Of a stretch of 64,000 bases of DNA, positions 39,148-50,012 are shown in pieces (position 1 is the first letter of the stretch; each line of letters starts with the position of its first letter). The position numbers were made by a program, and so were the translations under genes. The notes under the pieces are model-generated. The model saw nothing but the letters and a program-made list of their open reading frames with translations. It made no database searches and had not been told where the DNA came from. This DNA is from Treponemataceae bacterium (GTDB lineage Bacteria > Spirochaetota > Spirochaetia > Treponematales > Rectinemataceae): the NCBI GenBank assembly GCA_963678065.2, contig CAXXVZ010000003.1:64001-128000 (forward strand). Direction: 5' to 3'.

Positions 39148-41554
39148 ATGAAATGCTTTGTAATAATGCCATTTGCAAAAGAATTTGATCTAGTAAAAGA
39201 AGCAATAAAGACAGGCGTAACGAATACAAACAATATTTTCTATAGAGCTGATGAGGACTATAGGTCGGGAAAAGTCACAGAACAAATATGTAAAATGATT
39301 GATGAGTGCGATATTTGTATATGTGATATTACTAAAAATAATCCTAATGTAATATGGGAACTGGGGTATGCATACTCAAAAGAAAAAAGAATAATATTAC
39401 TTGTTCAAGATACAAAAGAAATATTTTTCAATATTAAAATTGAAAGAACAATAATCTATAATCTAGATAACATTAAAAATACTCTAATTCAGCATTTGGA
39501 AATATTTCTCACTAATATAGCTATAGATATTAGCAATCAACCAATAGAAGAATATTTTGAAAAAAATAAATACAATGGTTATAGTAAAATTATTGGATCA
39601 CCACATATAGATAATACTCCATTTAGTTATTTTAGTGAGGCTTTTTCAAAACTTCGTAATCCGCTTTGTAAAAAAGCGAGTTATTGTAACTGAAGCTTCG
39701 TTTTTGCACAGTAAAAATTACATGTGCAGTAAAAAGGGCTCTCTTTTCAGTGCAAAAGATGGACTACCCCTACAAAATCCGGTTCTGCCGGATTGCCCGG
39801 TTACGATTTCTGCAGTTCGGGAAGGATGAAGTACTGCAAAGCCTTGACGGCCGCCAGAACCACTACCCCGCACATGAGCAGGAATGATACTTTCTCAAAT
39901 CCCCGTACAAATATCTGACCCGGTATGAGCCAATCCTTCAAATGCGAGTTTGCACGTTCAACCGTTGTCCTGATTGTGTACCGCTCCTTCTGTGACGGCG
40001 AAAATGGTTCCCGTTCCGTCCCACGACGCGTATTCCGATCAATCAGCGGAACACGCCCACGTCCCTGGATATAGGTCGCGATGGGATCCGCATCGTATGC
40101 AGCGTCCATGACTGAATACAGATGTCGGACCTTTTTCTCTGTTATCTTTTCCAGAGGAATCGCTACTTGCGAATCATGAACATTGGCGCCGGTTACGACT
40201 GCTGAAATAGGGAATCCTGTGTCGCTGACATCAAGGTGCAACTTGTATCCTTTCCATGTTTCCCTATTCCCCTGGCTGTTCTTCTTGCATCCCCATGCAC
40301 AGTCTTTGGATAGTTCTGACAAGGATTTCCTGACGCTTTGGCCGACTTGCTTTTCTATCTGTGTCGGCTCCTTCACAGGCCGAACTTCTCCTTTTCGGGG
40401 ACGACCTCGTTTCCGTTGCGGTGTCACGGAAGAAACAGCTTCACGTTTGGCAGGTACAGGTTTTTCTCGTGCTCGTATCTCCGTCGCATCCCGATTTATG
40501 TGTCCGACGATATGGCCGTCATGACAATCCTTCACCATGGTATTCAAAGTCTGAATCAGCGGAGTCTTTTTTGAAAACTCCGCGTAGCGACGCGAAAAGG
40601 TCGCAGAGCTTGGAACGGAGGTGAAGCCGCATATCCTCCGCAGATTCGGATCGTTGATCAGCCTGTTCCTAAGGTCCGTGACTGTCGCTATGTGGAATAC
40701 CGTTCGGGCGAAAAACGCCCGCATGATCGGTTCGTTCCGATGTGGAGGACGGCCAGTCCGTGCACATGGTGATGTAATCCGTGGCTGAGCATCTTCAATG
40801 ACTCTGAGCAGGGCGATAAAAAAGCGATGCTCGTCGGTGAGATATTCTTCGAAACATCGCTGGATATCGTAGGAAATCGGCAAAAGTATTTGCGCTCCGC
40901 CCAGTATTTCTGGTATGGTTTTCATCAGCGGGGGCTCCTCCTGGTGACGTTTGTGTTGCAACATCATCATACAGGTTCTGTCCCCGCTTTTCATTAAAAT
41001 TCGTTCATCTCATGACTTTTGAAAGAGCCTCTAGTATTAAAAAATTTGTTAAAAGGCATATATTTATAGCTGCTCAAGATCATTATTTCTTAACTAAAAA
41101 TGAAAATAGGGAGAAGTATAAGAATAGTATTTTAGATTTTTTAATTGGAAATCCTGAAAGAAAAGTTGATATTATGATTACAGATGAAAGAATTAAGAAT
41201 AGATATTCTCATAAAACATGGCAATATGTTACCGCAGATAGATTTATTACTGACTTAAATGATGCAATTCAATTTTATCAAGAATTGATTATTTATTATG
41301 ATAATATTAAAGGTAAAAAAGGAACTTTATCAATACATAAAGTAACATTTATTCCTATTACTATTAGCTTTATTGACCCGGAAGAAGAAAATGGATTTCT
41401 TATACTTTCACCAAATGCTTATGAAGATGAAGGTATGAAGAGACCATTCTATGCGTTTTCAAAAAAAAGAAATGAAGAGATGTTTATTGAATATTGGTCT
41501 CCATACAAGAAAAAATATGAAGAAATAAAAGATAGTAATATTTTAGAAAAATAG
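39148..41554 (+). pseudogene. Cassette 6: nucleoside deoxyribosyltransferase/TIR-like N-domain protein split by an IS
   Basis: CFVIMPF, DITKNNPNVIWELGYA; removing the IS and one TAGT joins 39636 to 41036 in frame (~335 aa). Confidence 0.85.
39637..41031 (-). mobile_element. IS5/IS1182-like insertion sequence, 1395 bp
   Basis: TIR GAGGCTTTTTCAAAA / TTTTGAAAGAGCCTC; TAGT duplication; DDE transposase 39801-40925. Confidence 0.92.
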
Positions 41555-41565
41555 AAAAAATACTC

Positions 41566-41671
41566 ATATAACAACCGCTTCGACCTGACTCGGCTCTGTC
41601 ACGATTCTTGCATGAACAACAATGCAAGAATCGTGACAGTTAACGCCTCGCAGGTCAAGCGAATGTTAGAT
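41566..41671 (+). repeat. attC6
   Basis: ATATAAC...GTTAGAT. Confidence 0.92.
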
Positions 41672-41732
41672 TGACCCTTCGGGCCGAAGAATAAGAATTA
41701 ATAATAGTTGCTTATATAAGAGGATAAAACCT

Positions 41733-42371
41733 ATGTCGAATATAGACGAAGAAAATGTAATGATTGATTATTATGTAATTGTTTTTGACTTATGCTCTTC
41801 CTCAGTAATTCTTGAAGATTTACAAAATCAAGAAAAATTGGATAGATGGAAATTATTCTGGGAGAAAATACATGCTTTTTTAGTAAAAACATCACATCAT
41901 GAAGAAGTTTTCACAATCTATAAATTTGTTGGCGACGGTTTTATTCTTTTATATAATCCAGAATTTGAAGATGGATTAATAAGATATTGTATAAGGCTAT
42001 CAAAAATTATTAATGAAGAACTTGGCAAAATAATTGAAAATGATATGAATGTCCGACCAGATAGATTGGGTATCACAATTGGTGTTGATAAAGGAAAACT
42101 AATACAGTTAAAAATTGGAAATTTATATGAATATACTGGTAAAGCCATTAATGTTGCCTCTCGTCTTCAATCGTCATTAAAAAAGCCCGAACATGCGAAT
42201 AAAATGTTAGTTTCTAAAAATGTTAAGAATAGAACTTGTTCATTGTATGATAGTAGTTTATATAAAAGTGTTGAAAGAACATTAAATAATTTATTTGGTG
42301 ATAAAAGTTTTTATTGTTATGAAATTGATTTAACCGTTGATATAACAGATTATATAACTGAAAAAATCTAA
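41733..42371 (+). CDS. Cassette 7: stand-alone class III nucleotidyl cyclase domain
   Basis: VFDLCSSS, KFVGDG, GITIGVD, YTGKAINVASRLQ. Confidence 0.85.
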   Translation: MSNIDEENVMIDYYVIVFDLCSSSVILEDLQNQEKLDRWKLFWEKIHAFLVKTSHHEEVFTIYKFVGDGFILLYNPEFEDGLIRYCIRLSKIINEELGKIIENDMNVRPDRLGITIGVDKGKLIQLKIGNLYEYTGKAINVASRLQSSLKKPEHANKMLVSKNVKNRTCSLYDSSLYKSVERTLNNLFGDKSFYCYEIDLTVDITDYITEKI

Positions 42372-42478
42372 CAACTGCTTCAACCTGACTCGGCTATGTC
42401 ACGATTCTTGCTAGTCGTCGCTACGCTCCTCGGCAAGAATCGCGCCAAAACGCCTCGCAGGTTAAGCAAATGTTATGT
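42366..42478 (+). repeat. attC7
   Basis: ATCTAAC (contains the stop codon)...GTTATGT. Confidence 0.92.
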
Positions 42479-42506
42479 GGACGCTTCGCGCAGAGGATAG
42501 AAAAAT

Positions 42507-43077
42507 ATGAATACTGAACTAGAGTTTCAATCGAGACAACAATTCAGGCTTTGGTTAACAGAACATTCTCAAGATAGAAATGGCATATGGGTCATCTTTC
42601 GAAAAGATAAGATATCAAATATATTAAGATCCAATGAGGCATTGGAAGAAGCATTATGCTTTGGCTGGATTGATGGACAGATAAAACCAATAGATGATGT
42701 GAAGTATAAAAAGTATTTTGCTTTACGAGGAGAAAGAAGTAACTTGGTCTGAGAAAAATAAGAAACTTGCTGAAGAGCTTATAAAGGCAGGATTAATCAC
42801 AGAAAATGGATTAGCTACAATAGAAAAGTCAAAAGCTAATGGTTTATGGGATAAAGAAAAGAAGAAGATAGATTTAGAATCAATAAAAGAGAGACTTTTA
42901 GAAAGATTAAAAGAAGATAGCTTAATAGCATATGAAAATTATAAATCTTCATCAGAATCGAAACAAAGGCAAATGGCCCTGTTTTATAATGATGCCAAGA
43001 GTGAAGAAGTAAGGAAGAAGAGAGAAAATAAGATAATAGAAGCATTAGTAGAAAATAAGAAAGGGATGTTGTATTAA
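42507..43077 (+). pseudogene. Cassette 8: YdeI/OmpD-associated protein, frameshifted
   Basis: EEALCFGWIDG; deleting one T at 42744-42745 restores SNWSEKNK (could be a sequencing error). Confidence 0.8.
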
Positions 43078-43085
43078 GAGGAGAC

Positions 43086-43200
43086 ACATAACAACCGTTT
43101 CAACCTTATAAATCCTTTGGCATGGTTTGTGCAGAACAACAATGCACAAACCACGCCAAGCCCTTCGGGCCCGGATTTAAAGGTTAAACGAATGTTGGGC
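43086..43200 (+). repeat. attC8
   Basis: ACATAAC...GTTGGGC. Confidence 0.92.
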
Positions 43201-43268
43201 GGACGCCTTCGGCGCTAATAAAGACTTGTCAACTATTTCTATTAGTAGATGACAATGAGGTTGTATAA

Positions 43269-46200
43269 ATGAATTGGAAAATTTTTTGTGTAAAATACGA
43301 CAATCGAGAGGCATGGGCATTTGAACAAATGTCTTATTTGCTTTTCTGTGCAGAGTTTAATAATCGAATTGGATTATTTCGCTATAAAAACCAAACAGGA
43401 ATTGAGACAGAGCCAATTGAAAAAGACGAAAAATATTATGGTTTTCAATCCAAATATTACACGACCTCAATCGCTGACAATAAAGGCGACATTATTGATT
43501 CAATCCAAAAAGCCAAATCAAAAAACATACAATTAGATGAATTATTTCTCTACATCAACCAAGAACTTTCCGAAAGCACCACTAAAAGTAAGAAGAAACC
43601 TCAATACCAATTAGACATTGAGAAATCCGTTAAGGCAGTAGGCGTAAATATTCAATGGCGAGTTCCAAGTCATTTTGAATTACAATTGTCTTTGCCGGAA
43701 AATAAATATATAAATGACATTTTTTTCAGCCTTGACCCAAACGAAGGAGATTTGCTTGATGAAATTTCTAAACACAATGAAAATATTCTAAAAGCAATTC
43801 AAACTGAAATATCTTTTGGCGACAAGCAAATTAAAATTGACCGAAATTCTGTCGTTGAAGCAATAGCAAATGCTACTCAAAAGAAAAAAAATATAATTAT
43901 TTCAGGCGAAGGTGGTTGCGGTAAGACCGCAATTTTCAAGGAGTTTTATAATTTCTATTTTAAGAAGATACCAATTTGTGTTTTTAAAGCAAACGAGCTT
44001 AATGTAAATCACATTAATGATATATTTCACTTTGACCACAAATTCACATTTGTGCAGTTTCTCAATGCTTTTAAAGATGAACCTATTAAAATATTTGTAA
44101 TTGATTCCGCAGAAAAACTTGCAGAGATTTCTAACAGCGACATTCTTACTACACTAATACAACAGTTAAAAGAAAACGCTTGGAATATCATCTTTACAAC
44201 ACGCTACGCTTATCTTAACGATTTAACTTTTCATATTAAAGAGAATTATCAGTTACCATTTGACGTTAATGATGTTTCTTTGATTGGTGCTGATGAATTA
44301 AAATCAATAGCAGAAGAATTCAAATTCTCACTTCCTGACAATCAAAAATTCTTAGAACGACTTAGAAATTTGTTTTATCTGAGAGAGTATGTTCAACAGT
44401 ATTTAAACATTGATAAACAAGGAAACTATAAAGGATTTATTGACTTGCTTTGGAAAAAGCGAATACAAAATACCGTTCAAAAAGATAATTTACATCTTGA
44501 AAGAGAAAAGTGCATTATCAATATTGCTAAACAAAGATGCGAAACAGGTCGGTTTTATATCAATGCAGATGATTTGTCACAATCAGCGTTGTTCCAATTA
44601 AAGCAAGACGAAATACTTGGTTATGATGATACACATAACGGATATTTTATTACTCACGACATTTATGAAGAATGGACGTTGGACAAAATAGTTTCCCGTA
44701 GTTTTTCAAATTATTCAAACATAAAAGAGTTTTTTGACGAATTAGGGAATTCATTGCCCATTCGTAGAGCATTTAGATTGTGGTTATCTGACCATTTATC
44801 TGAAAATTCTAAAGAAATAGAAAGTTTTATTCAGGGAGCATTTACAAATGTTGAGGTTACTCAATTTTGGAATGATGAAATTTTAGTTTCAGTTTTATTG
44901 TCAGATTATTCAGCGACATTTTTTAAGTTTTTCGAGAACGAAATTATTGCAAATGATTTTAAAATACTAAAGCGGATTTTGTTTCTATTAAGAATTGCAT
45001 GCACCGATATTTCAGCAATTCAAAATATTGAAATTATAAAACCTAAAGGCAAAGGTTGGGAAGAAGTAATTGACCTTATTCACATACATAAATCTGACTT
45101 TTTCGATAGCAATTTAAAACTTGTTTTACCAGTGTTAAACGATTGGTGCGAATTCAACAAAAAAGGAGAAACAACAAGGTATTCGGGTTTATTAGCTTTA
45201 AGTTTAATAAAAAAGACAGAAACCGAAAAAAACTTCTACATGAAAGAAGTTGCAGAAGAAAATATTTTGAAAGTAGTTTTCAATGCAGCCAATGAAATAC
45301 AAACAGAATTAAAAGAAATATTTGATAAAGTAGTTGCTAATAAATGGAATGAACACCAAGACCCATACGAAAAGCTTTGTTCGAAAATTTTAACAAAACC
45401 TTACCTAGCTTTAGAGGTAATAAAAATTCTTCCATTATCTGTAATTCAATTATGTAACTTGTATTGGCAAAAACGAGAAAGAGAAAATGACGGATTCGGA
45501 TATGAAAGAGATAGTATGGAGAATAAATATGGTTTAGTTGATGAATTTAGACATGATTATTTTCCTGCAAGTGCTTTTCAAACGCCGATTTATTGGTTAC
45601 TACAATATCGTTTTAAAGAAACTCTTGATTTCATAATTGACTTTACAAATCGAGCTGTTAAAACTTATAGTCAGTCTGATTATGGTAAAGAAGATGTTGA
45701 AGAAATTAATCTTAATGTCAATGATAAAGAAGTAACACAATTTTTAAGTTGGTCAATTTGGGCTATGTATCGTGGGGTTGGTAGTCCAGTTGTACCCTAT
45801 TTATTGCAATCTATCCACATGGCTTTAGAAAAAATTCTTTTAGAATTTTCTCAGATATTGAAGTCTGAAATAGTTCAATCTATACTTCTTAAAATTCTTA
45901 TAGAATCAAAATCAACTTCACTAACCTCAGTTGTTTGCAGTGTTGTATTAGCAAATCAAGATAAATTCTATGATATTTCTTTAGTATTATTCAAAACAAT
46001 TGAATTGTTTCATTGGGACTCAGTTAGAAGCTTAAATGAATTTCAAGTGTTTAATCCTATCCTGCCCCAAAAGGAATATTGCACCAAAGAGAGAGCAGAT
46101 GCCAAGGAAGCAAAACATCGAAATTCAAATTTAGAATCATTATTCTTAAATTATCAGCTTTTCGGTGTAAAAGGGTTTAGCGAAGAACAAAATATTGAAT

Positions 46201-47936
46201 TCATCGAAAAATTGTATAAAATAATCGACCATCATAAATCCAATGTTTTAAAAGCAAAATCATTTGGAATATTATTGGCCAGAATGGACAGACGAAATCT
46301 GATACCAAAAGTATCAAACCATGGCGACAATAATTTACTAATAGAATTTAGTCCAAAAGAGCTTTCTGAAGAACTTAAAAAGGAAAGCGAGGAAGCCACA
46401 AATCAATATAAAGAGGCTTTTAAATATTCTTCTCTAAGAATCTGGGCGGATTTTTTGATTGGAGTGAGAACTCAAACAAAAACCACAAAACAAGAGGAAT
46501 ATAACAACAATCCTCTTTTAGCTTTAGCTGAGACGAAACAACTTGTTGCAGAATTGCAATCTGGACGAAATATAGGTATCTTGGATTATTCAATCCCAGG
46601 GTTTTCTTGCTCAAAATTAATGATTGAATACAAAGACAAACTATCAAAAGAAGATAAAGATTTTTGCAAAGAAATTATTCATTCTTCCCTGTTAAATCTT
46701 TTTGCCGATGATTACGATTATCAAATAAGTGATGGTGTTGAAGCATCTGTTCATGCGATTCCAGCATTAGTAAATGAATATCCAGAAGAAGCAGAAAATT
46801 ATGTTTCAATAATGGTTTTAGCACTAATAGATGAAACACCAATTGGACAGTACAAAAGAATATGCGATTACGTCATTGAATCAATTCACAAATCAAAATT
46901 GTGGGAGCAAAATTCAAATGTTGCGCAATCAGTTTTATTTGGCTATGTAAAACTCAAGCCTATTTATAAAAATATTATTGCGGAAATAAGGAAAGAAAAA
47001 GGTTGGGGACGAATTTCTAAAAGTTCGATTTTTGAAAAGTTAGAAATGATAAAACCTGATTTTACTTTTGAAAATATATCATTTGACATTCATGATATTG
47101 CTTCACTTGACATTCATGATTTGGAAATAGTTCTTCAAATAATTCCTTCTGATACGAAAAATAAAATTCATTTAGATATTTATGCGAAATCATTGCCGTC
47201 ATTGGCATCACAGTTATTGAAAGATAGGAGAAGCTATAAAGACGATTCAGGAGACGACTCTAACATTTACCTGTTACGTCAACATATTTTCAAAAATTTT
47301 GCTTATTTCATTTTACAAAGAGAACAAAGCGAAATTGAAGTGTTCCTTAAACCATTTATTGATTCGTTTTCTTCAACAGAAGAAACAGCTTCATTTATTG
47401 AAGAATTAGTAATTGCAGAAGATTACTTAAACAAGTATGAACAATTTTGGTACATTTGGAACAGCCTATATTCGAAAATAAAAGAACTATGTGCAAATCC
47501 ATGTGGCTATCATTTAAAAGAAATCATAATAAATTACCTATTAGCATGGCGTTGGTGGAGTGAAGGTATAGAAGCATGGCGTAGCTTAAAAAGGGAAAAT
47601 TTGTCTCTCTATGCTAATGTTTCTAAGGAAATAGGAAATATTCCTTCTGTATTGTATTCTATTGTCAAAGTTTTGAATTCAATTGGAAGCAACTTTAAAG
47701 ACGAAGGCATTGACTGGATTCATATAATTGTATCAACTAATTGCTCTTTAAATCTTGGTGATTTAGAATCAAATACCTTATACTACTTAGAGAAGTTTTT
47801 AAGGAAATTTATTTTCGTTAATAGACAAAAAATCAAGGAAGAAATTAGATTGAAAAATAAAATTATTCCGATTCTTGATTTCATGATTGAACGAGGTTCT
47901 ATACATGGATATTTATTAAGAGAAAGTATTCTTTAA
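43269..47936 (+). CDS. avs4: Cassette 9: AVAST type 4 (Avs4) anti-phage nuclease-STAND ATPase
   Basis: YLLFCAEF..GLFRYKNQTGIETEP...FQSKYY nuclease; GEGGCGKT; IDSAEK; 1555 aa. Confidence 0.88.
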   Translation: MNWKIFCVKYDNREAWAFEQMSYLLFCAEFNNRIGLFRYKNQTGIETEPIEKDEKYYGFQSKYYTTSIADNKGDIIDSIQKAKSKNIQLDELFLYINQELSESTTKSKKKPQYQLDIEKSVKAVGVNIQWRVPSHFELQLSLPENKYINDIFFSLDPNEGDLLDEISKHNENILKAIQTEISFGDKQIKIDRNSVVEAIANATQKKKNIIISGEGGCGKTAIFKEFYNFYFKKIPICVFKANELNVNHINDIFHFDHKFTFVQFLNAFKDEPIKIFVIDSAEKLAEISNSDILTTLIQQLKENAWNIIFTTRYAYLNDLTFHIKENYQLPFDVNDVSLIGADELKSIAEEFKFSLPDNQKFLERLRNLFYLREYVQQYLNIDKQGNYKGFIDLLWKKRIQNTVQKDNLHLEREKCIINIAKQRCETGRFYINADDLSQSALFQLKQDEILGYDDTHNGYFITHDIYEEWTLDKIVSRSFSNYSNIKEFFDELGNSLPIRRAFRLWLSDHLSENSKEIESFIQGAFTNVEVTQFWNDEILVSVLLSDYSATFFKFFENEIIANDFKILKRILFLLRIACTDISAIQNIEIIKPKGKGWEEVIDLIHIHKSDFFDSNLKLVLPVLNDWCEFNKKGETTRYSGLLALSLIKKTETEKNFYMKEVAEENILKVVFNAANEIQTELKEIFDKVVANKWNEHQDPYEKLCSKILTKPYLALEVIKILPLSVIQLCNLYWQKRERENDGFGYERDSMENKYGLVDEFRHDYFPASAFQTPIYWLLQYRFKETLDFIIDFTNRAVKTYSQSDYGKEDVEEINLNVNDKEVTQFLSWSIWAMYRGVGSPVVPYLLQSIHMALEKILLEFSQILKSEIVQSILLKILIESKSTSLTSVVCSVVLANQDKFYDISLVLFKTIELFHWDSVRSLNEFQVFNPILPQKEYCTKERADAKEAKHRNSNLESLFLNYQLFGVKGFSEEQNIEFIEKLYKIIDHHKSNVLKAKSFGILLARMDRRNLIPKVSNHGDNNLLIEFSPKELSEELKKESEEATNQYKEAFKYSSLRIWADFLIGVRTQTKTTKQEEYNNNPLLALAETKQLVAELQSGRNIGILDYSIPGFSCSKLMIEYKDKLSKEDKDFCKEIIHSSLLNLFADDYDYQISDGVEASVHAIPALVNEYPEEAENYVSIMVLALIDETPIGQYKRICDYVIESIHKSKLWEQNSNVAQSVLFGYVKLKPIYKNIIAEIRKEKGWGRISKSSIFEKLEMIKPDFTFENISFDIHDIASLDIHDLEIVLQIIPSDTKNKIHLDIYAKSLPSLASQLLKDRRSYKDDSGDDSNIYLLRQHIFKNFAYFILQREQSEIEVFLKPFIDSFSSTEETASFIEELVIAEDYLNKYEQFWYIWNSLYSKIKELCANPCGYHLKEIIINYLLAWRWWSEGIEAWRSLKRENLSLYANVSKEIGNIPSVLYSIVKVLNSIGSNFKDEGIDWIHIIVSTNCSLNLGDLESNTLYYLEKFLRKFIFVNRQKIKEEIRLKNKIIPILDFMIERGSIHGYLLRESIL

Positions 47937-47958
47937 GTTGGCTACTAAAATGTATAGC

Positions 47959-48071
47959 GCCCAACAACTGCTTCAACCTGACTCGGCTATGTCACGATTC
48001 TTGCTTGTCGTCGCTTCGCTCCTCGGCAAGAATCGTGACATAACGCCTCGCAGGTTAAGCCAATGTTGGGT
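47959..48071 (+). repeat. attC9
   Basis: GCCCAAC...GTTGGGT. Confidence 0.92.
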
Positions 48072-48143
48072 TGACGCTCCCGCGCAGGAAGAAAACTAAC
48101 AAAGCCATATCGAGTATTCATAAAGATTAGTAGGAGAGTAAAA

Positions 48144-48602
48144 ATGGATATTACAAAGGATATAATACGAAAACAAATACTTGAATTGCTTGAAGAAACA
48201 TTTGAAAGATCTCATGGGATATACTTAGATAAAAACACATCATTATTTGAAACTATTGATAATATTCCATATGATAAAGTTGGAAAGAGCTTTCATGGTA
48301 TTCCTGAGACAATAGCTGGACATGTTAATCATGTAATATTCTTTATTGTTGTTTTGCAAGAGTACATAACTGGAAAAAGAACAGGGATAACTGATTGGAA
48401 TGAAAGCTGGAAGATTAAAGAAGTAAGTGAAGAAAAATGGGAAGAATTAAAAACTACATTAAAGAAAGAATATAAAAACCTTAAGGTCTTTGTAGAAGAA
48501 ATAGATCAATGGAAAGATGAAGATTATTTGGGTGGCAGTATAGCCATAATAGCTCATTGTTCATTTCATTTAGGAATCATAAGACAATTAAAAGATTTTT
48601 AA
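48144..48602 (+). CDS. Cassette 10: DinB-like protein
   Basis: TIAGHVNH, AHCSFHLGIIRQ. Confidence 0.75.
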   Translation: MDITKDIIRKQILELLEETFERSHGIYLDKNTSLFETIDNIPYDKVGKSFHGIPETIAGHVNHVIFFIVVLQEYITGKRTGITDWNESWKIKEVSEEKWEELKTTLKKEYKNLKVFVEEIDQWKDEDYLGGSIAIIAHCSFHLGIIRQLKDF

Positions 48603-48614
48603 GAGAAGAAACCC

Positions 48615-49907
48615 TAAAGTGCGCCTAATCGTCAATACAGAAAAAAAGAAAAATAAGGTGGATCCCAATTTGTCCTTGTATTCATGAATTTCTATGCTGC
48701 CAGCCGTAGGCTGAAGCATCGGTTATACACCTCATCCGGTGTAGCATACTCAAGGGACTGATGAAATCGTTCCTGGTTGAAGAAATTGAAGTATTTGTCG
48801 ACGGCGGTCTTTAGTTCCACGAGCGATTCGTACGAGTTCAGGTAAATTTCTTCGTACTTCAGTGACCTCCAGGTCCGCTCGATATAGATGTTGTCCAAAG
48901 CCCGGTTGACGCCATCCATGCTGATCTGGATTCCTTTGGCTTCAAGAACCGAGACAAACGCCTCGGATGTGAACTGGCTCCCTTGGTCGGTGTTGAAGAT
49001 CCCGGGAGTCCCGTGTACGGTAAGGGCTTCTTCCAGAGCATCGATGCAGAATCCTACATCCATCGTATTCGAGATTCGCCACGACAGAACTTTCCGTGAA
49101 AACAGGTCGATAATCGCCACGAGATAGACATGAGACCCATTCACCTTCAGGTAGGTCACATCCGTTGCCCAGACATGGTTCGCTATCCATATTTTCTTGT
49201 CTCGCAATAAATACGGGTACTTCTTGTGGTGTTTCGACGGTTTCGATAGATTCTTGCCGGGAAAGAGAGCCTTGAGTCCTGCCCGCTTCATGATCCGCCT
49301 GACCTGCTTGCGGGTGACCTTCATATCCTTCAAGGCACAGGCCATCCGCCGGTATCCATAGAACGGATGCTTGTTCAATTCTTCGAGAATTGCCGTGAGT
49401 ACGGCCATCCCCCACTCGTCATCCATCTTTACTGATGTGTAGTAATACGCCGATCTGCTGATTCCCAACAGTTCACATTGCGTGATGATCGGCAGATCCT
49501 GATTGTCGGGTTCTACAAGTTCGGCTCGCTCCCGTACACCTGTCGGTACTTTTTTTTTAGAAACGCATTCTCGACCTGGAGTTGCCCAATCTGCTTGAAG
49601 AGCTCGTCCTGCTTCTCTTGGGCTACTTCTGCTTCCTTGTCCTTCCCTGATCTTTCAAAGAGCGTGGCTACTTGATCGACCACATGCTTTTTCCATTGGG
49701 CAATCTGATTCGGATGCACTCCATAGATTTGGGACAGTTCCTGAAGGGTTTTCTCGTTCCGGACTGCTTCCATGGCCACTTTGGCCTTGAAGCTGGTGTC
49801 GTAGCTTTTGCGCATGGTGTACTCTATGCCTCCCGTATCTTTTTTTACAAGGAGGAATGTCACCTTATTTCCCTTTGTTTCCTGTCTGATTTCTTGGGCT
49901 CATTATA
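48615..49907 (-). mobile_element. IS3-family element, 1293 bp
   Basis: ~46 bp imperfect TIRs; CCC duplication; orfA 49513-49815; orfB DDE ending at 48692; A9G slippery run 49550-49558. Confidence 0.92.
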
Positions 49908-50012
49908 CCCAACACCTGCTTCAACCTTATAAAGCCTTTTGTCATGGTTTTTGCAAAACAACAATGCAAAAACCACGCCAATCCTTCGCTTCGCTCAGGC
50001 CAGGCTTTAAAG

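Noticed and set aside
42718..42752. Programmed frameshift in the YdeI-like gene
   Set aside because: No slippery site; a single extra T explains it.
43225..43255. TTGTCA...TGACAA inverted repeat before avs4 as an operator
   Set aside because: Short, single occurrence in AT-rich DNA, with no cognate regulator.
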